Part shown: in pieces, positions 26,140-38,471 of the stretch
Layout of the letters: every line of letters begins with the position of its first letter
How positions within the stretch are numbered: position 1 is the stretch's first letter
Assembly: GCA_964016885.1 (NCBI GenBank)
Contig: OZ024744.1
Coordinates: 93,620,001 to 93,684,000, forward strand
Reading direction: 5' to 3'
Origin: Eledone cirrhosa
Lineage: Eukaryota
Length of the DNA stretch: 64,000 nucleotides
Translations under genes and position numbers: made by a program
The notes under the pieces: generated by a model
Databases searched by the model: none
The model's input: the letters and a program-made list of their open reading frames with translations, nothing else
Told to the model about the DNA's origin: nothing

Positions 26140-29130
26140 ACAAACGGCTCAGTTGCTCGCATGTGTGCGTGCTCAACTCTGGGTCTCTCCGCTTGGAACA
26201 ACCCCTTGTTCCCCCACCCTCCCTTTTTTGTGTACATCCATTCACTCATTCATTTACTGCCATTCTATCTTCCTGTGTCTCCCGCTCCATGCAGCCCCTT
26301 TTCGCTCTCGTTTTCTGGCACCTCCATATATATAGGTGAGCTATGCTGCCCTCTTACCAGCACTTTCCCTTCCACCCACACACACCAGCCCCCCACCCCT
26401 GATGCCGCTCGGTGCCCCTTCCCCGGCCCCACGCCCCATCCCCCACCCCTCCAAATCGACACCTGCAGCACTTGCGGCACCACTAACAAACGGAAGAGGG
26501 GCCGAAACTGTTTGGGGTGCGGCTGCTTCCATCACCTCACCTGCGTTGGCTTGACTCGTCGAGCTTCCAATGCCCTCGCAGATTGGAGGTACAGGAGCTG
26601 CCTCTTCCCCACGTCTTCCCAGCCACGGCCGTCTGGCACACCACCAGATGGGACAGCGAGCTTGCCTGACGCCCGAGCCTCGCTGGTCAACATCGCTCGG
26701 CTCAGGCGGCTCCGGAAGATCCAACTCAGGATCCCGAAAGCGGCATGGGTGCCGGTAGCCGATGCCCTCGCTTCCTCGATTGAGAGCGCCCTGGACTCCA
26801 ATCGAGCCAGTGACTGGGAGCGGCTGTTCTATTTTGCCCCACTCGCCCTCGGCCTCCCCAGCTCTGGCGCTGACCGGGGCAGCCGGTCAACAGCAGGCTT
26901 CGTCAAGGCCAATTTCTCGTCATTTGGGCGAGTGCTCATTCCAAGCGTGCCCAGGTTAACGCAAAGCTTAACATGGGTGATGTCTCGGCCGCAGTCAGAG
27001 TTGTTGCCTCAGAGGGCACTGTCCTCCAACCCACTGAGGAGATCCTAGCTGCTCTGCGGCTCAAACACCCTGAGCCACCCACTGATCTCAGATCCATACC
27101 CCCACCTGCTCCTTGTGGATACTGATGCAGATATCATGTCCGCCATCAGGTCCTTCCCAGCTAGCAGCTGCGGAGGTATTGATGGTCTCCGACCAGGCCA
27201 CCTCAAGGAGTTGATATAACCCCTCTCCGCTGAGGCCGGGCGCCGCCTTCTGAGTGCAATTGTGGCGCTCACCAATAGGCTCATTCATGGTGCCCTCGAC
27301 CCTTACGCCCGAGGCCTCTTTTTTTCGGCCAGCCTCACCGCTCTCAGGAAGAAAGAGGGTGGCATACGCCCCATTGCTGTGGGCAATATCTTCCGGAGGC
27401 TGGCTGCCAAGGTGATCTGCAAGTCCGTCACATGCGAACTGGGTGAGGAATTTAGTCCGGTGCAACTGGGTGTCGGCGTGTTCGGTGGCTGTGAGGAGCC
27501 TCTCAGGCAATCAGGCAGTTCTTCAGCAGCTGCCCATCGGTACCGGCATCTAGGGACTCCAGGCACCTCGTTGTCAAGCTTGACATGAGGAATGCCTTTA
27601 ACTCTTTACGCCGGGATCATCTGCTCGAGGCCTGCCTCAGCCGAGCCCCCTCTGCCTACCCGCTGGCCTACCTGTCATATGGAGCCCCGAGCATGCTCCT
27701 AGCTGCTGATACGGTCATACCCTCGGTTACTGGGGTCCAACAGGGCGACCCTTTGGAATCCCTCCTGTTCGCCCTTGGTATTGACCACATCGCCCGGAGT
27801 ATCACGGCCTCTCTCAACGTTTGGTATCTGGATGATGCTACGTTGGGCGGGCCCGTACGGACGGTCTGCCAAGACCTTCAATCGGTGATTCCTGCCCTAG
27901 CGGGAATCGGCCTCCAGGTCAACTCGACCAAGTCGGAGGTGGTGAACGTCAGCCTCGATGCTGCGACCTTTGCAGCCTCCGTCTTGGACGTGCGGTCCAT
28001 TCTCCGCCAGGTTCAGGTGACCCCCCAAAGAGGATGTCCTCATCCTCGGGTCACCGATCCACCCGCCGGTCATCCGCTCCACCATCAGGTCCAGGCTTCA
28101 ACAGCTCCAGACTCTCACGAGCCAACTATGCTTGATTGACGGCCACCCAGCTCTCTTTCTGCTGAGGAACTGCTTCGCCATGCCGAAGCTCCTCTATACA
28201 CTCCGCAGCGCTCCATGCTACACCCAGACATCTCTCCTCGTTGACCTCGTTACTTGTATCCTTCTCCCCCTGTTGACGTCAAGTCCCCCAACGCACTTGG
28301 GATGCCATCCAGTGCAGCCTGGCCTCAGACAGGCTCATGCGCCAGCTCGACCAGCACCGCCTTGCTTGTTTTCGTGCGGCCTCCAAACCCCACAGTGGTG
28401 CCTGGCTCCATGCTCTGCCCTCCTTCTCCATTGGCACGCAGCTAGACAACCATAGCCTGCAAATCGGCATTTCCCTGAGGCTCGTCCTCCGGATCTGCCA
28501 GCCACACCAATGTCGCTGCAGTTCCACCATGGACTCTTTCGGCCTCCACCCGCTTTACTGTCGCCACAGTGCCGGCCGCATTCCACGCCATACTGCCCTC
28601 AACGAGGTCATTAAGCATGGCTTTGACGCTGCAGGCTTGCCTTCCCAGCTCGAGCCGGTGGGGCTGGATCGAGGGGACGGCAAAAGGCCAGATGTCATGA
28701 CCATCTTCCCGTTCTGCGGTGGCAAGCCCCTCGTCTGGGATGCCACTTGCACCGACACTTTTTTGCAGCCGCAACCTGGTGCAGTCTGCGACTGACCCAG
28801 GTTCAGCTGCACGTCGGGCTGAGGGGACCAAACTCCTCAAATACCGGTCGCTCTCCGACAGGTTTGCGGTCATTCCCCTGGCAGTGGAAACTTCTGGTGT
28901 CCTCGGCCCCAGGGCTACCTTCTTACTCACCACCATAGGCTCTGGGCTGGCCAGCCGCAGGTGTGAGCCCCGCGAGTTGGAGTGGCTTTCCCAGCGTGTC
29001 TCCCTTGCCGTCCTCCGGGGAAACGCCTTCTCCATTCTGACCGCCGGGGCTGTGGGTGGCTCCCATCGCGTACCAATACATTAGTTAAATACCATTCTTT
29101 CATCGGATACAACACAATAAAGTCTATCAA
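26140..29130 (+). mobile_element. CRE-clade non-LTR retrotransposon (PHD-like finger, RT, zinc knuckle, restriction-like endonuclease), frameshifted
   Basis: CSTC..CLGCGCFHHLTCV..W; GGIRPIAVG, QLGVG, DMRNAFNSLRR, GVQQGDPL, WYLDD; CRC..D..GLH...C, RH..LN, DGKRPD, WDATCTDT, K..KY, PLAVETSG; AATAAA at ~29116. Confidence 0.9.
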
Positions 29131-29250
29131 TAATTGTTTTTACTTTAGGCACAAGGCCAGCAATTACCCAGTGCATTACTGGTACTTTATTTTATCGACC
29201 CCGTAAGGATGAAAGGCAAAGTCAACCTCGGCGGGATTTGAACTCAGATC
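29131..29250 (-). mobile_element. SINE family B, 5' truncated
   Basis: Reverse complement of family B from box B to the tail. Confidence 0.8.
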
Positions 29251-29351
29251 GTAGGGAACGTTTCCACGAACCAAAGTATCGTCTTCCTGTCTGCCTTCGG
29301 TTGCAACGTTTTTTGAAATATTTACTTCTGCGATCACAGATTGACTTTTTT

Positions 29352-29402
29352 AGTTTCAGAAGATCCCGTTAAGGGTGAAAGCAGCGATTCTTTGCTTAAA
29401 CT
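29352..29402 (+). ncRNA. Type I hammerhead-like motif with a U4-to-A core variant
   Basis: AGTTT-CAGAAGA-TCCC GTTAA GGGT-GAAA-GCA..TGC-TT-AAACT; inverted copies at ~25155-25205 and ~25325-25375. Confidence 0.6.
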
Positions 29403-29614
29403 TTAATCTGTTATTTTAATTAAAAAAAAATATATATATATATATAATACACTTTATTTGATAAATACATTACAAATCGTTTGCAATTCTTTCCGAATGA
29501 AAATATAAACAGAGCATATAAATAAATTTACAGTAGAATAACATAACAAAATATGTTTTAAATATATACCTAAATAACATTACAACTGCTTAGACATCAT
29601 TATAAATATCTCGC

Positions 29615-29826
29615 GGTGGATTGGCAATATCGGTTGAGCGGTGGATTGGCAGTATCGGTAGAGGGTCGGACGCCACGCTTTCCAGCATAGTTACGTCCTT
29701 TTACGATCTGAGTTCAAATCCCGCCGAGGTTGACTTTGCCTTTCATCCTTACGGGGTCGATAAAATAAAGTACCAGTAATGCACTGGATAATTGCTGGCC
29801 TTGTGCCTAACGTAGAAACAATTATA
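29615..29826 (+). mobile_element. SINE family B with duplicated 5' head and TSD
   Basis: Flanked by ATTATAAATATCTCGCG on both sides. Confidence 0.85.
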
Positions 29827-29899
29827 AATATCTCGCGATTTTTTCAGAAAGATATATTCCTTTAATGTTACAATATTAAAGAAAATGTAAAGGAAGGGG

Positions 29900-31115
29900 T
29901 GAACAACGGCGCCAACACCAGAGCAAAAGACAGCAACGTCGCGAGTACTGGGCAACCTCTCTAATGATTTGTGAGACAAGTCAGCACACTCGTAGCGTTG
30001 CCTGGGTGATGGCGAGGTTGATGCGTTGAAACAGCCAAGCGCCCTCGCGAGATTCGCCAGTTACCTCTATTAGGCGAGCCGCCAGTGAGGAGAGGAATCT
30101 CACAGTCAGCGGCCCGACTCCCCCAAACGTCTCGAAAGCCACAAGTTGAAAAATGTAGCTGGCCGACAGGTCAGAGTATTTGAGGGTCTTACTCCGCTCG
30201 GCTGCAGAAGCTGTGGTTCTCGTCCTAACTGCAGCATCCAGGATGTGGGAAAGAGCAAAAGAGTCACTAACAGTGACGTCCTGCCTCTCGACCAGGGGAA
30301 CAGGGTAAGACCGTCAGGTCTTTTGCCGTCACTTCTGGACAACCCAGATGGTTCCAAGACTGAGGGGATATTCGCCCGGGCCAAAGCTCTCTTCAGAATG
30401 AGGTTTAGCTCCGTGTGACGCGCGAAGCGGCCGGAATTCAGGCGGCAAGAAAGACCGTGAAGGCCTGTGGAGTTGAGGAGTTTGCCGCATAGGCACCTCA
30501 AACCCATGCAGAGGTCATCTCCCACCCTGAGGGCGATGGAGACACGAAGTTCGTCCAGGCTGAGTAGGCCTGAGTATTTGGCGCTGGCAGATCGTAAGCG
30601 GCACCTTGCAAACTGATCTGACTGGACGAAGAGGGAGTCGAAGGTGGCCTTCGAACTTATGCTGTCCCAAGCTCTCTGACTTCGACTGTCCTCCACCTTC
30701 TCAGGAAGAGACAAGCCCAACTCACTCCATTGCTGGAGAGCTTCATCCAACTCCCTGTTGGAATTAGTCCATGTTGGAGAGGGGAGGATGCTGCTCACCA
30801 GAGTAGAGCAAGCGTGGGTGGCGGAAAGGAAGCAGGGGAGAGAGGGGGACGAACACTTACGAAGACCAAGACCCCCAAATCGCTTGGGCAACGCAGCCTT
30901 ATCGCGGGACTCTGGAGAGAGTCTAACATTGACCAGGCACTCGAGTCTCTCAAAGATTAGGTCGTCGAAGCGTTGGAGGCAGGATGGAAATCTGTGAGAG
31001 GGGCTGACCCTGAGCAGATACAGAAGCTTAGGAATAGACAGGTAGTTCCTGAGTATGAAGAAACCTTGATGGGGTTCGATAACTTCGATATTCCTCAGCA
31101 GCTGCTCAAGGCCAA
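29900..31115 (-). mobile_element. Second CRE-clade element, 5'-truncated (RT thumb and REL endonuclease)
   Basis: LRNYLSIPKLLYLLR, LPKRFGGLGLR, CLCG...GLHGLSC, RHTELN, EPSGLSRSDGKRPDGLT. Confidence 0.9.
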
Positions 31116-31207
31116 GGGTCGATAGTACGGTGAAATACCAGTGTTGGTACCAAATCAATCACTCTATGCATAGGCAGAGTGAATATAATAGAAAATACAG
31201 AGGAATT

Positions 31208-31472
31208 TTCGTTTACATATGAAAAATATTTATTGCGTATCGACCTGTTACGCAAGTTTCACAGAGGATTGGCTCAAGGTAACCCATAGGAGTTATGGAC
31301 CCGACTCCAGTATCGATCTGCTCCTCAAACTGGTGATGCGATAAAAGATATCTTTTGAGCAGATCGATACTGGAGTCGGGTCCATAACTCCCAAGGGGTT
31401 CCTTGAGCCAATCCTCTGCGAAACACGAGTAACAGGTTGATACACAATAAATAGGTTTCATAGGTAAACGAA
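31208..31472. repeat. Fold-back element with ~115-bp arms beside (TA)n
   Basis: GGACCCGACTCCAGTATCGATCTGCTC / GAGCAGATCGATACTGGAGTCGGGTCC with imperfect outer arms. Confidence 0.85.
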
Positions 31473-31533
31473 TCTTCCTCGTTTTTTTTTCTATTATATA
31501 TATATATATATATATATATCCTCGTTTTTTTTC

Positions 31534-31564
<31 letters not shown>

Positions 31565-32289
31565 ACCAAATGAAAAAATATGTTTATGGATAAAATATAG
31601 AAATAAGATATCACCCAGAAAAGCAATTTTACATATTAAACTTAAGCCAAAAAACTATTTGGTGAAGTGTAAACATAGATGTTTATATGAGTGAGACTAA
31701 CTTATTTTAGTCTGTCTGACTTATACTCCCCTAAATAGAATCTTTTGGCTTAAGTTTAATATAACCGTTTCTACCATTAATCAATTCATAGAGTGCGCTC
31801 TCATATACAGACTTGTATTTACTACATACAAGTTCTGTAAAATCATGGAGCGAGTAGTAAACGGCGGTCTTAGACGAATTTGTCTGGTTCGATAAATTAT
31901 ATATATAATGATGATTTCCTTCGAATGAAACAGTTCCAGTCCTGTAGAAGCCATTTTTATATTAAATATTTACACTCTACTATGTATTGAGTACATTTCT
32001 TATTGTGGTTACCCCCCGATTGAACACATACATATATATATCTAGAGTTGCGACCGATAGAGAGTATTAGCAATTAGAAAGACCAATGGAAACATTGTTT
32101 CCTCGGTCCGATTTGACGAAAGTCGACCGACTGTCGTCGATATGTAGGATAAAAGTATTTTTAAAAAAACCAGACCTCCTTGTGGAGTGGTAGAGGCACC
32201 GCCATAGCCGTGTCTAGGGCTCATTTAAACCTGGCAAAACCCAACCTTCTTCAGGTCTGAATGCAGCCGATTTTTTCTGTAGAGGAAGA

Positions 32290-32450
32290 ATTGACCCCAG
32301 TACTGGACTGGTACTTTTTTTTTTTATCGACCTCGAAAGGATGAAAGGAAAAGTTGACCACGGCGGGATTTGAACTCAGAGCGTGCAAAGAGTTGGGACA
32401 AATACTGTAAAGCATTCTATCCGATATCTTAACGACTCTGCCAATTCCCC
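32290..32450 (-). mobile_element. SINE related to family B
   Basis: TTTATCGACCTCGAAAGGATGAAAGG..GGATTTGAACTCAGA. Confidence 0.7.
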
Positions 32451-32465
32451 CCTCTCTCTATATAT

Positions 32466-32634
32466 AATTCAACAATGAAAATAATAAAGTTAAGTTATTT
32501 TACCTATTCATATTATTGTTTTACGATCATTTCGGAGGGTTGATCATATTGACTTATCAACCCTCCGTAACGATCGTAAAACAATGCTATGAATAGGTAA
32601 AATAACTTGACTTTGTTATTTTCATTGTTAAATT
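32466..32634. repeat. Fold-back element with hammerhead right-half motif
   Basis: ~80-bp arms; consensus of the two arms reads CCGAAACGATCGTA. Confidence 0.7.
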
Positions 32635-32775
32635 AATATCTAATATTCGAATCTGTATCTAAGGAATTAATTCAGCGGAACACAGAACCTTTCTATCGAT
32701 TTCACTTGATTACTCGCTATCAGATTACATTGAGTTCTATCTACGGTACGAACCCTACCACCAAGGGTAGACCAC

Positions 32776-32821
<46 letters not shown>

Positions 32822-33069
32822 TATTGAAATTTGCTTGAAGCATTGTGGAATAATACATTTTTTTTTGTTGTTGTTTTGGAAGCCTCAACAATGCAGATGG
32901 ATAAATCCACGAGTAACAGACAAACAGCGGACAACAGAGACCACGTACCGTTCCTCTCCGACAGATAACCCCCCCCCCCCGAAAACCCCCCAGTTGATGG
33001 ATGCGAATCCGAAATATAGGGACAATTAAATCTCTCCCAAGGTAACTCTATCTCGTGTTATTATTTTTG

Positions 33070-33254
33070 AATTGGCAGTATCGGTAGAGGGTCGGACGCC
33101 ATAGTTTGACGCATAGAGTTACGGCCCTTGCCATTCTGAGTTCAAATCCCGTCGAGGTTAACTTTGCCTTTCATCCTTATGGGGTCGATAAAATAAAGTA
33201 CCAGTAATACACTGAGTAATTGCTGGCCTTGTGCCAAAAGTAGAAACAATTATT
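33070..33254 (+). mobile_element. SINE family B
   Basis: TGGCAGTATCGGTAGAG..GAGTTCAAATCC..GTAGAAACAATTATT. Confidence 0.85.
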
Positions 33255-33384
33255 TTTCATTTTTTACGCTCTTTCCTACGTCACTCTATACATCTCATTC
33301 TACATTGCCTTACATCTCTCTCTTCACCACTGGATTCGGTTACCCGGAGATTTACCCATCTACATTGTTGAGGCTTCCAAAACG

Positions 33385-33492
<108 letters not shown>

Positions 33493-33743
33493 CATATATA
33501 TATAAACGACAAAAAGAGATACAAAAAGTCTTAATAGTTTCACGCTTTATATGGAAAAAAGTTTGACGTATCGGGCATTAGTCCTTCCTCGGGTGTACAA
33601 AAAATAGAGACAGGATCACAAAATAATAGACAGAATATAAATATATTGTTGATAATAAAATCGACAAATAATGCGTCGTGTTTTTCAGCAAAGTGTTTGA
33701 TTAAAGTGGAGAGTTAGTGGTTGTGATTGACGTGCCACAGAGA

Positions 33744-33774
<31 letters not shown>

Positions 33775-33838
33775 GTATTCATATTCTGCGTGCAAGTATT
33801 TAAATTGCACACGGACTTTATGAACACTGTGTGTGTGC

Positions 33839-33891
<53 letters not shown>

Positions 33892-34324
33892 TTGTACTTT
33901 GTATGAATGTTAAATAAAAGCTGTGAAGAAATAAAATACAAACAAGATGAAATAAACATATGCATAAAAATAAATACAGGAGAAAAAATAATAATGAACT
34001 AAAACCACTACCCCAAAATTAAAATTTAAATTAAAACCGTGACCAAATTAGACATTTTTTTCAACGTTTGCAATTTTCCTTTTTTTTTTTTTTTTTGCGT
34101 TTCATTACAGTGCGAGAAAGAAACTTTATTGCATATATATATATAAATGTGTGAGTATATAATAATTTTAAATGTTGTTAATAAATTATTCGCAAGTGAA
34201 TTCCGTATACCGATGCATTACTGCTGGTTTATTCCTTGATACCAAATAATAGTGGAATGATGAGTAAAGAGAAGATTAAAACAACAACATAACTGAACAT
34301 TACCCGACATAAAAAATTTAATCA

Positions 34325-34540
34325 TCGATGTCTCACCGACGTCCGTTGTTAACACGATAACTAATTACATAGCGTGATATATTGTTAGAAGTAATTAGGA
34401 AAGAAAGAAAAAAGTAAGGAAGGTAGAAATGGGCGGGGCAGAGAAAGTGAAGGTGAGAAGAGGGTTTGTCAGGTAATGAGACTGATAAGCGGAAATTACC
34501 GAAGGTGATTGCAGCGCCATAAGCGGACACGGTACGTGTC
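34325..34540. promoter_or_regulatory. Candidate bidirectional promoter with first-exon splice donors
   Basis: Non-repetitive, relatively CpG-rich; GC box GGGCGGGGC (34431); plus-strand donor CG|GTACGT (~34531) and minus-strand donor CG|GTGAGA (~34336). Confidence 0.35.
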
Positions 34541-36578
34541 ATTGAGTTAAACAAGGGAAAGAACTCCACCATCACATGATATTTTATACGGAAACACATT
34601 TATATATACACATACATACATTCGTATTGATATATACATACATTTATATGTGGGTGTGTGTATATACACACTCACATACATATACATACACATATTATAT
34701 ATATATACATATACATATATATAAATAAGTAAACAAATACAGTGAGGAAATAACATAAATGGAAGCAAGCTGATTGAGGTAACAGTTATTTAATTAATTT
34801 TTACATCAAAAATTATACGTCCATGTATGTAGTTGACGTAAATAGTTTTTAATTATGCGAGAATATATGAACTACGATATTTACGTCTGATATAATTTCG
34901 ATTATACACAAATTATGTATATGTATTGATGCTTATACTTCGTATTTGATTGGAATGTATGTGTATATATATATATATATATTTATTCATTCATATATTC
35001 ATGTAATTTCTTTTATTTTCGAACTTTATATTATATATTCTACAATTTTTATGTATATATAATACAGCATAATACAATTCAGAATCGATATTTATTTGTT
35101 TTGGTTTGATTTAGGAAGCATTGGGAAAATTTGAAATGTAGTTATCCCAACGTGAATAACTATAACAATAGTTGATCCTTATAAATAATAGTTGAATAAA
35201 TCAGGTAAAGTACCCCCACCCCACCCCATTGAGTCGGAAAAACGTGGAGAGGGTCGCCTGCTAGTAAGGTGCTTATACAATTTTTTTTTTTTTTACTTTA
35301 CCTGATTTTTCAACCATTATTATAGTCACATTTAAAATGTTTACATTTATTTAAATGTATTCTGTATATTGGAGGGGATGATTCTTTTTTTTTTTTTTTT
35401 TACATTTGTTCATAACGTATTTCCAAATCTGTTTTAAAACAAATGGATATTCTTGTTACTTTAAGAAAATAAATTACGCATTTCCAGTAAGTCATAAAAA
35501 ATTTTTTTTTTTTAAATCTAAACATTTTATGGTAGTTGGTATCTATATATGCTCTGCTCCAGTATGGTCTTAACGGAACTGCCTAAAATGAACTGAGAAA
35601 TGATATCATTTATCATTTTGAGGGGTGGGAACGACATAAGCTTTTAAAAGCTTAATCACTAAACAGACGTAGCTTTATTTATACTATTACTTAAGTAGTA
35701 ATTTTATTCATAGTTGTATAACACAATTCTTTCAGAATGAAAATATAAACACATGATAAATACAATTAACTATTTCTTAGGAACCATAGAAAATATAACG
35801 CACCAAAATATATGATCAGAGCGAGAGAAAGAATAGGGGGCACTACAAAAACTATTACTAGAGGGGAAACTCCAGTGCCCCTTGAGGCGTATGATTGAGT
35901 ACGTGTTTTTTCGCCCGTTTTTCTTCTCTCTCTCTTGAGCGGAGTTTCTACTCTGAAGACCTGCTATCCAGCTTCCGAAGCGTTTTTTTTTTTTTTTTAA
36001 ACCATTATTTATCTATCTATAAAATGTGTATATGTGTATTTATATGTGTATGTATGTTTGTATTATATATATAGTTTATATTGTATATATATATATATAT
36101 ATGTGTGTGTGTATTTATTAAAATATCGATTAATACGTGAAGTAATTAATCATATTGTCTGACAAAAGTATAGGTTCATCAAAGTTCTACAGGTAGTCAC
36201 TGTTAGAACCTAAAGTCAGATGTACCAATATAAATTTTAAAATAATTTTCATTAGTCATTAGGAACAGTGACATAAAATGCAAAGGTGCGTCTTGTCATA
36301 ACATGTATCCACACAATTTGTGAGAATTATATATATTTATGTATATAAATGTGTATGTGTAGTTTATATTAAATGTATATACATATATTGTGTGTGTATA
36401 TATTTATGTATGTGTAGTTTATATTAAATGTATATACACACATACACATATATATATATATATATATATATATTGTATTTTGTCTGATGAAAGCATACCA
36501 TGATTTAACTTGGTATCCTTGAAATATATATAATGAAATAAATATGGTTTTATAAATATAGTTTCCATTTATTAATAT

Positions 36579-36620
<42 letters not shown>

Positions 36621-36624
<4 letters not shown>

Positions 36625-36813
36625 AACGAGTAGGACCCCCGACGGCTGAGCTCAAGCCGTTTCGACGGCTAATTCGGGACGAATTAGCCGTCGAAACGGC
36701 TTGAGCTCAGCCGTCGGGGGTCCTACTCGTTCCTATTACCTACTCTACTACCCTAAGTATTGAGTACTTTGGTACGTTATGGTCCACCTGGTTCCTTACC
36801 ACATTCCCTTCGT
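36621..36813 (+). mobile_element. Fold-back element family P1 with perfect 56-bp arms
   Basis: 36621-36676 is the exact reverse complement of 36680-36735 (loop GGA); flanked by (TA)n. Confidence 0.9.
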
Positions 36814-37593
36814 TATATATATGTATGTGTGTGTGTGTGTGTGTGTACGTATAAATTATATTTATTTATATGCCTGCTCTTGAAATTTCGAACCATTATT
36901 CGTGACTTGCAATTTATTTAGTTTAAATTTAAAGCGCACTCTACCACAAAAATCTTAGATTAAGTTTTATAATTGTGTAAATTAGAAATATTTTCCACCT
37001 CCAACAGAACCTCCGCAAACACTGGTTGGCATAAGAGAATATTTTAATTCATATTACGTTTAGAAATACAATTACTTTTTTTATTTTTTATTCATTCTAG
37101 TAGAATATTCATTTCCGAACGGTGTAGTCAGAAAACTTATGAGTATATATTTGGAATGTTATTATTTATGTATATATTTAAAACATATTTGGAATGTTAT
37201 TTCTACAACTGTGAATAAAGTCTGTTTTCACACCGTATGCAAGTTAGACTCTAGTTTTAATATAACATTCTTCCCTGCTGTTAAACAAACAAAGCATTCC
37301 TGATAATGAGTATTGGGTGGAAATAAATAAAAATGAATATTCTACAATTTTCTTTCCTCGAAATTCATTAATCTATTTTTATATATCCGAGTTTGTGTCC
37401 GCGAGGGTGTGTATGTGTGTGAGTGCATAATATTGTATAATTTTTACGCAGTTAAATATATACACACATATAAGTATTGTTTATCTAAAATAACGTTTCT
37501 CTTTTGTTTACAATTTTTGGCTACTATTTCAATATTATACAAATAGACATAATCATCGATATGTAAACAAATAAAGGACATTATACTTGCACA

Positions 37594-37632
<39 letters not shown>

Positions 37633-37784
37633 GCGCGCGCACCTAACTATCTATCCATGTCTTTCCCCCTTTGTATTTGTCCCCTTCTTTTGTGCCCCTG
37701 TGGCTAATAAAGAAATATATCTATGTCTCTCTATCTCTTTATCTATCTATCTAAATTAAAAGATGGTTAAAGAAGTTCCATATA

Positions 37785-37847
37785 TTTTATTATGCGCATT
37801 TCGAAAACATCATCCTGGGACAAAAATTGTGTTCTCATCAGATAAAA
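37785..37847 (-). ncRNA. Type I hammerhead ribozyme (inverted copy)
   Basis: Minus strand TTTTAT-CTGATGA-GAACA..TGTTTTC-GAAA-TGCGCA-TA-ATAAAA. Confidence 0.75.
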
Positions 37848-37956
37848 TAAGGTAACATGATATGAAGCCTAAAAACACTTGTCAACAGGAAAGTGTATGT
37901 AGATTTTGCACTTTCTTGTTCACAAGTGTTTTTAGGCCTCATATCATGTTACCTTA

Positions 37957-38022
37957 TTTTATCTGATGAGAACACAATTTTTGTCCCAGGATGATGTTGT
38001 TTACGAAATGCGCATAATAAAA
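37957..38022 (+). ncRNA. Type I hammerhead ribozyme
   Basis: Stem I TTTTAT/ATAAAA, intact CTGATGA and GAAA cores, palindromic stem III ATGCGCAT, AUA cleavage triplet. Confidence 0.75.
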
Positions 38023-38302
38023 TATATGGAACTACTTTAACCATCTTTTAATTTCTTCTTTTATACTCCAGTTCTACCAAATGTTGAGTGCTACTTATCT
38101 GATATATGCATAGTTTTATTGTTCTACAATATTACTCACCTTCTACAATATCTATCTATATATGTACTATAAACAAAGCTTCATACACCTAACATCTATG
38201 TACAACCGTTGGTTTCGGGGTCCACTTATGGCCACCGCTGTTTATTAGAGGAGGCACTTTTAAAACTAGCCCTTCTTTCGGACAAAGATACATTATATAT
38301 AA

Positions 38303-38471
38303 TGGGAAAAGAGTCAGGGCCCCGACGGCTGAGCTCCGGCCGTTTCAACGGCTAGATCCGGAACTCAGCCGCCGGAGTCCTGACTCTTTTCCTATTACCC
38401 ACTCTACTACCTTAAGTGTCGAGTACTCTGGTGCGTAATGGTCCACCTCTGGTATCTTACCACACCACCTT

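Larger units (their letters stand above)
37754..38150. mobile_element. Fold-back element (~140-bp arms) with two hammerheads
   Basis: Arms ~37754-37894 and ~37909-38053, followed by a unique tail with TTCTACCAAATGTTGAGTGCT. Confidence 0.85.
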
